A stretch of 64,000 nucleotides of DNA from an uncultured Gammaproteobacteria bacterium (GCA_913065105.1 CAJXZZ010000001.1:15117-79116); one strand, 5' to 3'; positions 1 through 8,409 are shown, counted from the stretch's first letter. The notes: a model not told the origin generated them from the sequence alone. Made by a program: numbers and translations.

Positions 1-219
1 GTGACTATTGTTTGTGAGGAACCCGATCAAGAATTATTATTTGCCGACTGGTTAAATGCTTTGATCTTCGAAATGTCTACGCGAAATATGTTGTTTAGCC
101 AGTTTGAAGTTTTTATCGAGAACGGACGTCTTCAGGCCAGCGTTTGGGGTGAGCCGATCAATGTAAAACATCATCAGCCCACTGTTGAAATTAAAGGCGC
201 CACTTATACCGAGTTGGCA

Positions 220-250
220 GGAATAATAGGGGACAGACCACGATTATTCC
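220..250. repeat. Short palindromic REP-like element GGAATAAT-AGGGGACAGACCACG-ATTATTCC
   Basis: Perfect 8-bp inverted repeat (220-227 / 243-250) around a GGGGACAGACCACG core. It lies where archease similarity ends. Confidence 0.6.
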
Positions 251-391
251 TACTACCTGCCATCCATGGCAGTATGCGTTACCCTCGGTCTCTGTTCCAG
301 ACTCGACTCTACCGATTCCATCCTTGGAATCGTACCACTTACATCCATGTAGGCGTCCTGCATTGCCCTGATACCGTACGTCCTTTGCATA
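251..391 (-). repeat. Nested cluster of CA(N)GGANG-hairpin repeat modules
   Basis: Minus strand reads TATGCAAAGGACGTACGGTATCAGGGCAATGCAGGACGC, which matches 56628-56666 at 33/39 nt. It is followed by hairpins TACATGGATGTA, GATTCCAAGGATGGAATC and CTGCCATGGATGGCAG. Confidence 0.8.
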
Positions 392-439
392 TTCAGCGTT
401 TGATCGTATTACAGTATTTGTTGTTGTTTGTGATTGATA

Positions 440-472
440 CCCTCACCCTGGCCCTCTCCCATAAGGAGAGGG
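440..472. repeat. CCCTCACCC...CCCTCTCCC-N-GGAGAGGG (BoxC-like) palindromic repeat
   Basis: CCCTCACCCTGGCCCTCTCCCATAAGGAGAGGG: pyrimidine tail plus a CCCTCTCC/GGAGAGGG stem, a widespread bacterial intergenic repeat type. Confidence 0.65.
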
Positions 473-651
473 AATGATGGGAGTGGGTAATCTGTAAATA
501 AAATGGATTTATTTTGATTTACCTCACTTTTGATATTTAACTAACGCAATCGATCAGAATAGCGGACATGGTCTGTCATTTTTGTTATATTTTCTTGTAG
601 ATAAATACTCAACGAATGGGAAAGGAATAAGATTTATCTTTAATCTTTATC

Positions 652-2505
652 ATGAACGATAATCGGTTTTATTCATATCTGCATAAGCAGATACCAGTGA
701 TGATTGTTTTGTCAGTGTTTCCTGGGCTGGCATACGTTCTGCTCAGCTGGTTACATGGCATTCATCTGAAGGCGGTGATCTGGTATTTCGCCGTCCTCGC
801 TGTTTCTTTCTATGGCTATCTCATCCATAGGCAATACCGTACTCAGCAGTTGAGTAGCGCTCAGTTAAAGGTCTGGTATAAAAACCTCAGTCTGTTTTAT
901 TATGTATTTTGCCTGCTCTGGCTGGTCATATTCCTGCTGTTCATCTCCGAAGATGAGTACGATCTGCATTATATTGCGATATTTACCGAGATCGGGGCTT
1001 CTGTTGTTGCCTCTGTTTTACTGGTTCCTGATAAGAGGCTGTTTAAACCGACTGTTATCGTCCTGATGTTGCCGCTGGCCGTCTATTTCTTCTTTATGGG
1101 TGGATGGGTTGGTTATGTGTTATCGGTGTTTGCCTGCATATTCACCTGGGTATTGATCTACGCCGCTGAGAGCAGTCATAAATTATTGATACAGACGAAC
1201 TTTCAGGCGAACCATGACTTTCTTACCGGGCTGAAGAATCGATATTACTTTATCGGTTATCTGCAAACGCTGATGGTGACGCTGCAGCGGTCTCAGAAAT
1301 GCTCCTATCTATTATTGATCGATCTCGATCACTTTAAGACGATTAATGATTCTCTGGGGCATGACGTGGGCGACCATCTGTTACAGGAAGTATCATCCCG
1401 CATCGACAAACAGAAAGATGAAGGCGGCTTGCTGGCACGTTTAGGCGGCGATGAGTTTGTTGTGGTCGGCCGGGAATATGAGAACAAGTCAGAGTGCCGG
1501 ATAAAGGCAGTAGCGAAGGCTAAAAATATTCTGACCTCTCTTAAGGAGAGTTACAACGTTGATCTGCACAGTCTCTACATCAGTGCCAGTATCGGTGTCA
1601 GTCTGATCGATGGAAAGAATAACGATGCTAATCGGCTCATCAAAGAAGCCGACATCGCCATGTACGAAGCTAAAGCAAAAGGTCGTGATGGCATCATCGT
1701 TTTTGATGATGCGATGCAGAAACGTGTCGAACATAACCTCGAGATCGAGCAGTTATTGCATTTTGCGCTGGATAACGATGAGCTCACCTTGAACTACCAG
1801 CCGCAGCTCGATAGCGGTGGCAATATCGTCGGTGCTGAGACACTGGCACGTTGGGATAATAATAAACTTGGCTCTGTATCACCCGATAAGTTCATCCCTA
1901 TCGCTGAGCAGACCGGCTCGATCATAAAGATCGGTTATTTCATCATGGAAACGGCTTTCCGTACGCTGAGCGAGTGGGAAAAACAGGGTATCGATGTTCA
2001 GCAGTTTTCGATCAATGTCAGTATGCGTCAGTTCTTCTATTATAATTTTATCGATGATGTCTTTACGTTATGTAATAAATACCTCTCTGAAGAGACCAGG
2101 AAAAAAGTTGTCTTCGAGGTAACAGAAAGCATCATCGCTGAGGATGTCGATAAAGTGGTACGCATCATGGAAAGGATAAAGAGCCTGGGCATCCGTTTTT
2201 CTATGGATGATTTCGGCACAGGCTATAGCTCGTTGAGTTACATGAAGCGCCTGCCGATCGATGAGATAAAGATCGACCGTTCTTTTGTATCGGAGTTAAA
2301 TGAAGAATCGACCGATCAGGTCATGGTGCGCAGTATCCTGTATATGGCCAAACATTTTAATCTGAAAGTGGTTGCTGAAGGTGTTGAAACCCAGGAGCAG
2401 TTTGATATTCTGCGTAATGATAACTGCGACCTTTACCAGGGTTATCATTTTTCCAGACCACTGGTTTTTGATGATTTTGTAGCGTTTTATAAAAACAATC
2501 GATAG
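652..2505 (+). CDS. Membrane-bound GGDEF-EAL diguanylate cyclase/phosphodiesterase
   Basis: N-terminal hydrophobic helices; DFLTGLKNR, DLDHFK, GGDEF; EAL domain with AETLARW, DDFGTGYSSL, IKIDRSF, AEGVET, QGYHF. No RxxD I-site. Confidence 0.93.
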   Translation: MNDNRFYSYLHKQIPVMIVLSVFPGLAYVLLSWLHGIHLKAVIWYFAVLAVSFYGYLIHRQYRTQQLSSAQLKVWYKNLSLFYYVFCLLWLVIFLLFISEDEYDLHYIAIFTEIGASVVASVLLVPDKRLFKPTVIVLMLPLAVYFFFMGGWVGYVLSVFACIFTWVLIYAAESSHKLLIQTNFQANHDFLTGLKNRYYFIGYLQTLMVTLQRSQKCSYLLLIDLDHFKTINDSLGHDVGDHLLQEVSSRIDKQKDEGGLLARLGGDEFVVVGREYENKSECRIKAVAKAKNILTSLKESYNVDLHSLYISASIGVSLIDGKNNDANRLIKEADIAMYEAKAKGRDGIIVFDDAMQKRVEHNLEIEQLLHFALDNDELTLNYQPQLDSGGNIVGAETLARWDNNKLGSVSPDKFIPIAEQTGSIIKIGYFIMETAFRTLSEWEKQGIDVQQFSINVSMRQFFYYNFIDDVFTLCNKYLSEETRKKVVFEVTESIIAEDVDKVVRIMERIKSLGIRFSMDDFGTGYSSLSYMKRLPIDEIKIDRSFVSELNEESTDQVMVRSILYMAKHFNLKVVAEGVETQEQFDILRNDNCDLYQGYHFSRPLVFDDFVAFYKNNR

Positions 2506-2521
2506 ATGTGTGCAAGGGTTA

Positions 2522-3475
2522 CTATTTTATCTGTACATCGACCAGGCTAACATTAACGACTTCGTTACTGACATCGGGTTCAGACCAGTTCCAGTTGGTG
2601 TAGGCGCGCTGCACGACCAGTACTGCACCCTCTTCCTGTTTGTCTGTTTTTTGATAGGCCTTTAACGCATCGCAGTAATATCCATTACAGATAGCCGAAC
2701 GCAATTCTCTGGGAAGTGCGCAGCCGGTGTTGCTATGGTTAATACAGGAGCCTTCGATTGATTGTGAACTGATATGCGATAGATAAAGCTCGCGTAACAT
2801 CTCAGCGGTTAGATCTGGATTAGCGTCCATGTAAGTGCGTAGTGTAAAGACTGAAAGATAAGCATGCTCTCCGCCTTTGGTGCAGCAGCCGCCTTTGCAC
2901 ATGGTGCAAATTCTGTCGCTGATATCTCGCAGCGCAGGTGTTTTATTTAAACGTTTTTCTACCTGCAGCATTTTTCCATGTGCATCGTGATGCTGGTCAT
3001 AGACTACCTCTGATGCGCTGGAAAATTTTCCTGCTTCTTCTATGATCGAGTTTACATGTTCGATATATTTTTCTACGCGGGTTTTACTGGCGGGTGCTAA
3101 TTTAGAATAACCTGAGGGGATCTGCAGTAATCGCACATTCTCTTTTGTCAGGTGGCTATGTTTATCCAGTGTGGTCTGCAGTATCTTGTCGTTTTCCTGC
3201 TGCAGTTTTTTTGTTACTTCTGCTACATGCTTTTTTAGGGCTATGTTTTTTTCACGGCGTTGACGAATTTGTTTTTTATCAAATTCAAGATGGGATTTAA
3301 ACAACGCGGGCGTCATCGAAGATTTTAGACGTAAGACTCTCTGGCAATCAAACGAACGACAGACCGGAAACTCTGACGATTTATTCAGCAAAGCATCTAC
3401 ATGGCTCATGTTACAGCCACAGACCTCACACTCCGACTGATTAGTGTGCTGTAAATTTGTAAAGCTATTGTTCAT
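2522..3475 (-). CDS. Cys-rich hypothetical protein with C-terminal YkgJ-like (CxxCxxxCC) metal/Fe-S cluster domain
   Basis: 317-aa ORF; CTMCKGGCC...C...GC.LP...R..ICNGYYC, plus an N-terminal CxxC...CxxxxC. Confidence 0.6.
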   Translation of the reverse strand: MNNSFTNLQHTNQSECEVCGCNMSHVDALLNKSSEFPVCRSFDCQRVLRLKSSMTPALFKSHLEFDKKQIRQRREKNIALKKHVAEVTKKLQQENDKILQTTLDKHSHLTKENVRLLQIPSGYSKLAPASKTRVEKYIEHVNSIIEEAGKFSSASEVVYDQHHDAHGKMLQVEKRLNKTPALRDISDRICTMCKGGCCTKGGEHAYLSVFTLRTYMDANPDLTAEMLRELYLSHISSQSIEGSCINHSNTGCALPRELRSAICNGYYCDALKAYQKTDKQEEGAVLVVQRAYTNWNWSEPDVSNEVVNVSLVDVQIK

Positions 3476-3573
3476 CGCGGCTTAATAAAACGTCTTCAGC
3501 TGGCATTGCATACGACATCTGTCCCTGTTTGATGATTTGTTATTCCATTGAAATCGATAACTTCACTATCGCT

Positions 3574-4500
3574 TTATTTTTGAATCGCCTGCACTTCATA
3601 TTGCACCCAGAGATGATGCGCTTTGCCTGCTTCGATGGTCACGACATCATCGGCGGCATTACAGCTTTCGACACAGAGCATTTTTTTGTAACCGTTTTTA
3701 CCCAGGTCACCCATTTTTTCGGCAGTTGCTTGCCATGGGTTCCACACCACGGTGGAGTGGCTGCCGCATTTATCGATGATGATGTTTCGATTTAGCGTCT
3801 TGTCCGAGATCAGACACTCTCTGACGGTGTCGAGATATATTCTGTCGACTTCTTCTTCGATGGTTACTGGGCCGCGCTGGTATTTTTGTTTGAAGTCGTC
3901 GAGTTTATCCAGGTAGTTGGTATCGTCCAGACCGTGCAGTAGAACCTTACTGACATCGCCCACCTTAAAATAGGTGTGCAGTGCCTGGCCGATGGTGATG
4001 GGTTGTGTGCCGTTGTTGTGGGTGATGAGTTCCATCTCCAGTTTTTTACCGATGGTTAGCTGGTATTGCACGCTGGTGTCGGCTGGCCACATCTGTTGAT
4101 TATCTGCTTGTGGTTGTGTGGTGAAGTTGATGCGGGTGCGGCCATCTTCCAGTGTTTCGGTGGTTAATACCTGCCAGTTTACGGTGCGGGCAAATCCATG
4201 CGCTGGAAAGTTTTCATTGGATGCGTGTGCGCCGAACCACGGCCAGCAGATGGGGATGCCGCCGCGGACTGATTTACCGGCAGCGAATTTGGCGTCTTTT
4301 GATAACCAGATCACGTCATCTTGCCCGTTGGGTATCCAGCTAAGCAGGTGTGCGCCTTGTAGACTGATTAAGGCGCTGCCGTGCTGGTTGTGGATTTCTA
4401 CCACAGGGATATCACCTTCGCCGATTTTAAAACGCAGGTAGCCGTCGCCGTTTTGTAATGATAATTCTTCGTTTAGCTGTTCTATGTCGTGTGTATTCAT
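3574..4500 (-). CDS. D-hexose-6-phosphate mutarotase (YeaD / aldose 1-epimerase family)
   Basis: GAHLLSW, RGGIPICWPWFG, HGFAR, ALHTYF, EVDRIY, VVWNPW and LCVE motifs. Confidence 0.92.
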   Translation of the reverse strand: MNTHDIEQLNEELSLQNGDGYLRFKIGEGDIPVVEIHNQHGSALISLQGAHLLSWIPNGQDDVIWLSKDAKFAAGKSVRGGIPICWPWFGAHASNENFPAHGFARTVNWQVLTTETLEDGRTRINFTTQPQADNQQMWPADTSVQYQLTIGKKLEMELITHNNGTQPITIGQALHTYFKVGDVSKVLLHGLDDTNYLDKLDDFKQKYQRGPVTIEEEVDRIYLDTVRECLISDKTLNRNIIIDKCGSHSTVVWNPWQATAEKMGDLGKNGYKKMLCVESCNAADDVVTIEAGKAHHLWVQYEVQAIQK

Positions 4501-4685
4501 TGTTTGATAGTTTTTATTGAGGCCTGGATATACATCGTCATTGTCAGCCGTTGTTGTGGCGTGGCAACCTGATTTTATTGCATCATACTAGAGATTATAA
4601 ATTACATCCTTTTAATTTATCTTGTTGGTCTATTAAGCTGTTCGAGTGGTTACTGTCAGATTTGTTGTAATGACAGCGCTAGCGG

Positions 4686-5705
4686 TTAGTCGTTTTCCAG
4701 TGACGGTTGATATTCACCCAGCATCGCCAGATGGTTGAGCCGTGCGCGTTTGAGCAATGCCTGTTGTGCGGCTGGGATGTTTTCTGGTTTGCCCTGCCAG
4801 GCCTGTAGTGCCGGTTGCTGCAGGGCGCGGCCGTAGGAGATGCTGAGGTTCCATAGTGCATCGGGTGCCTGCTGGTTGATGGCATTGAGGTTGATGGTGG
4901 ATTCTTCGGGCCCCATTCCGCCGGAGAGGAAGTTTATGCTGGGCATGGCTGTAGGCACGGTGCGGCGTAATACTTTTAGTGTGGCCTGTGCGACTTCGTC
5001 TGGTTCTGCGCGACGGTTGTCTTTGCCCGGCAGTACCATGTTGGGTTTGAGTATCATCAGTTCGAGCACGACATTGTGTCGATGTAAGGCTTGAAACACG
5101 GCCTGTTGTACCGCTTCGGTGACTTCGGCGTGGCGATCGATATCGTGGACGCCATCCATTAATACTTCCGGTTCGACGATGGGTACGATGCCCTCTGCCT
5201 GACAGACAGCAGCATAACGTGCCAGCATTTCGGCGTTGGCTTCGATGCCGTGTTGTGTGGGTACATGTTTGTCTATGTTATAGACTTCCCGCCACTTGGC
5301 GAAGCGTGCGCCCTGCTCTTTGTAACCGCGCAGGCGTTCGTGCAGACCGTCCAGCCCCAGGGTGATGAGATCACCGGGTGACAGCGCGAGCGGGATCTTG
5401 CCTTTGTCGACCTTGATGCCGGGCACGATCTTTTGTGCCCAGGCGGCTTCGGGGATGGTTTTACCGTCGTCGGTTTTCTGATCCAGTGTTTCTTCGAACA
5501 GGATGGTGCCGCTGATGTATTCACCCAGACCGGCGGTGGTGAGCAGCGTGCTGCGCCACAGACGCCGGTTTTCTTCGGTGGATTGCACATCGATCGCCTG
5601 AAAGCGTTTGGCGATGGTGGGTGCGCTCTCATCGGCGGCAAGTATGCCGCGCCCTCTCTGCACCATGTCGTTGATGGTGGCTTCCAGTTCGCTTATATAC
5701 TGCAT
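4686..5705 (-). CDS. Fructose-bisphosphate aldolase class I (eukaryote-like glycolytic family)
   Basis: GILAADES, PGIKVDKG, GARFAKWR, VPIVEPEV, Schiff-base LKPNMV, FLSGG and SYGRALQ motifs. Confidence 0.95.
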   Translation of the reverse strand: MQYISELEATINDMVQRGRGILAADESAPTIAKRFQAIDVQSTEENRRLWRSTLLTTAGLGEYISGTILFEETLDQKTDDGKTIPEAAWAQKIVPGIKVDKGKIPLALSPGDLITLGLDGLHERLRGYKEQGARFAKWREVYNIDKHVPTQHGIEANAEMLARYAAVCQAEGIVPIVEPEVLMDGVHDIDRHAEVTEAVQQAVFQALHRHNVVLELMILKPNMVLPGKDNRRAEPDEVAQATLKVLRRTVPTAMPSINFLSGGMGPEESTINLNAINQQAPDALWNLSISYGRALQQPALQAWQGKPENIPAAQQALLKRARLNHLAMLGEYQPSLEND

Positions 5706-5722
5706 CTTGCTACCCTCTCAGT

Positions 5723-6247
5723 TCAATCGATCTGTATACGGTGAAAGCTTGTTTTATGGCACTTGGGGCAAGGTGGTATGTGTCCTGCTTTGTGAAAATG
5801 CAGTTTTTCTCCGCATTCATCACAGATCAAGGTGCCAAAGCCTGCGATTTCGCCGGTGCGGTAATCATAAGGCTCGTGGGCATTCTCTTTCATTCTCAGC
5901 AGTGCGAGAGTGGTTTTGTCTGCGGTTTCCAGCATCCCCTTAATGAATTCGTTTTTGAGCAGCGATGTTTCAAAGCCAAGCCAGTCTTTGAATGCATATT
6001 CGGTTTCTGAAACGTAGTTAATCGCATCGTCCAGATCGCGTTTGAGCCACTTGGCGATTTTCTCGGCATCCTCTTCCGCTACGTCTTCGATGTCCATTAC
6101 TTTGTTTTTGGCTTCATCGATTAGCTGATTGATCAGCGGACCTGTTCTATCTTGTGCTTTGTGCAGGTTGTCAGCAACGTGTTCGTACATCGTTTCATAG
6201 ACGGAACCAAGGACATCTAGCGGATCAATGCGGTTCTTTTCTGTCAT
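5723..6247 (-). CDS. Zinc-ribbon-containing protein (DUF1451-like)
   Basis: Helical N-terminus with 'LKRDL' and 'ADKT'; C-terminal YRTGEIAGFGTLICDECG...IPPCPKC; Shine-Dalgarno AGGAGA upstream. Confidence 0.8.
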   Translation of the reverse strand: MTEKNRIDPLDVLGSVYETMYEHVADNLHKAQDRTGPLINQLIDEAKNKVMDIEDVAEEDAEKIAKWLKRDLDDAINYVSETEYAFKDWLGFETSLLKNEFIKGMLETADKTTLALLRMKENAHEPYDYRTGEIAGFGTLICDECGEKLHFHKAGHIPPCPKCHKTSFHRIQID

Positions 6248-6286
6248 TTCTATCTCCTGTTTTCGGTATTTAATTAGCTTAGCTTT

Positions 6287-6327
6287 AGTCTAGGCATCTT
6301 GTCTCTCACCATGTTGATGTAAATCAA
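6287..6327 (-). promoter_or_regulatory. FNR/ANR-type class II promoter: perfect TTGAT-N4-ATCAA box (6314-6327) and -10 TAGACT (6287-6292)
   Basis: TTGATGTAAATCAA is an exact FNR consensus. Its centre at 6320.5 lies about 41.5 bp upstream of the start site implied by the -10. Confidence 0.75.
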
Positions 6328-6493
6328 TAGTGCGTGTTATTTCCTATGTGAGCAGTAGGCCTGATTAAGTGTATATGTAGTTATACACCAAAGCATACTG
6401 GAATAAATCGAGAATGCCGATAGCGGAGCAATTAAGGCAAATTCTGCTACATTTATTTTAGGGATAAACAAATGATACTCAATACTTTTAATT

Positions 6494-6796
6494 TTGACAG
6501 CGGAGTTAATCGTGAAATATATAGCCATACTTATCACCATGTTTGCTTCATCGGCTTACGCAAGTGCGCCTGAAACCTGTTTAGAAATGACGCGTGATTA
6601 TCTGCTATCTAAGGATGCGGCGCAGCCAGAGATGTTGATCGATTATAAACGTGAGAGGTTTATGGCGTCTTGTAAAGCGGATGATGCTGGCTTTAACCAG
6701 GCGTTAACTGAACTAGTTGTTGAAGATAGTTTTATCTATGCGATTCATGACGACCGAGACACAGTTCGGTTAGATAGTTCTTCGTACAGAATATAA
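6494..6796 (+). CDS. Small putative secreted hypothetical protein (true start probably GTG at 6512)
   Basis: Signal-peptide-like KYIAILITMFASSAYA; two Cys; GGAG shortly upstream of the GTG. Confidence 0.55.
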   Translation: MTAELIVKYIAILITMFASSAYASAPETCLEMTRDYLLSKDAAQPEMLIDYKRERFMASCKADDAGFNQALTELVVEDSFIYAIHDDRDTVRLDSSSYRI

Positions 6797-6883
6797 AGTC
6801 TTTAGCAATACACTTAATCGGTATTTCTGGGTATTTCGGTGTGGAGAAAGCGCTTCTAATAACACCAAAACGATGTATTGTTA

Positions 6884-8005
6884 TCAGTCACAGATAACAG
6901 TATTACGGCCGGAAGCTTTGGATTTATACATGGCTAAATCTGCCTGTCTGACGATCGCATCTATATCACATATACCGCTGGTTACACCAAAACTGGCGGT
7001 AATACTAAAACTCTGATCTTCATACGAAACAACTTCGTTCTCTATCGCCTGACGTAATTCCTCTGCCAGCTGAGCCGCTACACTCAAAGGTGTTAACGGT
7101 AACAGCATACCAAATTCCTCGCCGCCAATACGCGCAAACACATCTGACTTTCTTAGTCGCTTCAGTAGGATTTGACCAATCTGTTTTAGCGCAGCGTCAC
7201 CCGCTGCATGGCCAAAACTATCATTGATGGTTTTAAAATTATCGAGATCCATGATAATCATCGCAAGCTCATCTTTATTTCGTTGACTATTGTTTGCCAG
7301 TACTTTTCCGTATTCATAGAAAGCCCGCCGATTATATAACCCAGTCAATTCATCTATACGAGCGAGTTTATCCGCCTTTACCTTGGAAATTTCGAGTTGA
7401 TGCGTCATCAGGAAATTATTGTGCATGGCGAAACCAAGAACACTGGTGGCACGTATAGTAGAAATAAAGAAACTGATTGCACCGATGGCCATTGCTGCAA
7501 AAATAAACTCTCCACTGAAGAGAAAATATATTGTTACAGGTAATAACACAGCAGCGATCGTTGCCAATGTCATTGCACGGTGTGCCGAATAAACAGAGAT
7601 TGCACCGCCTGACATGCCGATCAAGAAATAAAAGATGACTGCCTGATGCAGCGGGGAATCAGTCGGCATTATTAATACGCAGCCAAGGCCCCAGATAAGG
7701 GACGACAGCATAAGTGTTATGAAATAGGGTTTTTCCCAGGAGAGTACCTCCTGAGCTTGCGGTGCCGCTTTATAGTAACGGTTAAAGAGAAAAAGCCGCA
7801 GTGTGGAGGACACCAGGAAAAGGCTAAACCAGATGAGTAATAGTTGGTGGTCCTGCGCCGGCCATAGTATCGCCGCCAGAAGAGCAGCGTTAAACAGGCT
7901 GACAAAAATGGCCGGAAAAGACTGGCGGTAAAGTAGCTGTAATTTATCTGATTGAACCAGCACCGACAGATCCGACTCGGTATTATTTTTATCTACGATA
8001 TCCAT
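6884..8005 (-). CDS. Membrane-bound diguanylate cyclase (GGDEF)
   Basis: Multiple TM helices; DELTGLYNRR, DLDNFK, RxxD I-site (RKSD), GGEEF, ADLAMY. Confidence 0.93.
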   Translation of the reverse strand: MDIVDKNNTESDLSVLVQSDKLQLLYRQSFPAIFVSLFNAALLAAILWPAQDHQLLLIWFSLFLVSSTLRLFLFNRYYKAAPQAQEVLSWEKPYFITLMLSSLIWGLGCVLIMPTDSPLHQAVIFYFLIGMSGGAISVYSAHRAMTLATIAAVLLPVTIYFLFSGEFIFAAMAIGAISFFISTIRATSVLGFAMHNNFLMTHQLEISKVKADKLARIDELTGLYNRRAFYEYGKVLANNSQRNKDELAMIIMDLDNFKTINDSFGHAAGDAALKQIGQILLKRLRKSDVFARIGGEEFGMLLPLTPLSVAAQLAEELRQAIENEVVSYEDQSFSITASFGVTSGICDIDAIVRQADLAMYKSKASGRNTVICD

Positions 8006-8116
8006 TATCGCCGGAATTCTAACAACAAACTGGATTCATTACAGAAAAATAAATCCCCAGTTATTAAGCGTGTAGGACGACAGCATGTTTGAGATTGTAA
8101 TCGCGTAGAAATAACC

Positions 8117-8130
8117 TTGATCTGAATCAA
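8117..8130. promoter_or_regulatory. Perfect FNR/ANR/DNR-type box
   Basis: TTGATCTGAATCAA = TTGAT-N4-ATCAA, between the divergent DGC gene and a small ORF. Confidence 0.65.
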
Positions 8131-8253
8131 AATCTAGCCGATATAGCCGTTTAAAAAATGGCGCACTTGGTCATATGAAAGGCGTCAAGTGTCATTTTTG
8201 CATTTATCTTGCTCTGTACAATACGCCAATACTCAACAGGCAAGGAGGGATAA

Positions 8254-8337
8254 ATGGACATGCAAGCTAGAGATTTTGGATATTTGATTGTTGTTATACT
8301 GCTGTTCATAGCGATCAGCAGTTATATATTTTCTTGA
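8254..8337 (+). CDS. Putative 27-aa single-pass membrane peptide (not in ORF track)
   Basis: MDMQARDFGYLIVVILLFIAISSYIFS*; strong Shine-Dalgarno AAGGAGG at 8242-8248; one hydrophobic stretch. Confidence 0.55.
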   Translation: MDMQARDFGYLIVVILLFIAISSYIFS

Positions 8338-8409
8338 TGTTACCCGTGCAGAAATTTTTATTAATGACGGTTATATTGATACCGATAAGGTGTGCTGGTT
8401 AGACGTTAG

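Larger units (their letters stand above)
1..477 (+). pseudogene. Archease-family gene, 5' end probably outside the window, C-terminus truncated and reading through into a repeat cluster
   Basis: Residues 1-72 ([14 protein letters not shown]...WGEPI...[11 protein letters not shown]) are typical archease. Similarity stops at about nt 219, where a palindrome begins. The usual C-terminal 'DV/DI' end is absent and the rest of the ORF is translated repeat DNA. Confidence 0.7.

Noticed and set aside
251-391. CRISPR array or integron attC cassettes at the repeat clusters
   Set aside because: No identical regularly spaced repeats with unique spacers, no cas or intI gene, and no attC-type RYYYAAC...GTTRRRY boundaries.
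220-477. C-terminal ~85 aa of ORF 1..477 as a genuine novel archease extension
   Set aside because: It is translated repeat DNA (GGA-hairpin modules and a BoxC-like palindrome giving '[12 protein letters not shown]'); most likely fortuitous read-through.
514-527. Hybrid FNR/CRP site TTGATTTACCTCAC upstream of the GGDEF-EAL gene
   Set aside because: Two mismatches from the FNR consensus in AT-rich DNA; cannot be distinguished from chance.
6337-6540. 67-aa minus-strand ORF
   Set aside because: Overlaps the start of the better-supported secreted-protein ORF on the other strand and has no recognisable motif.
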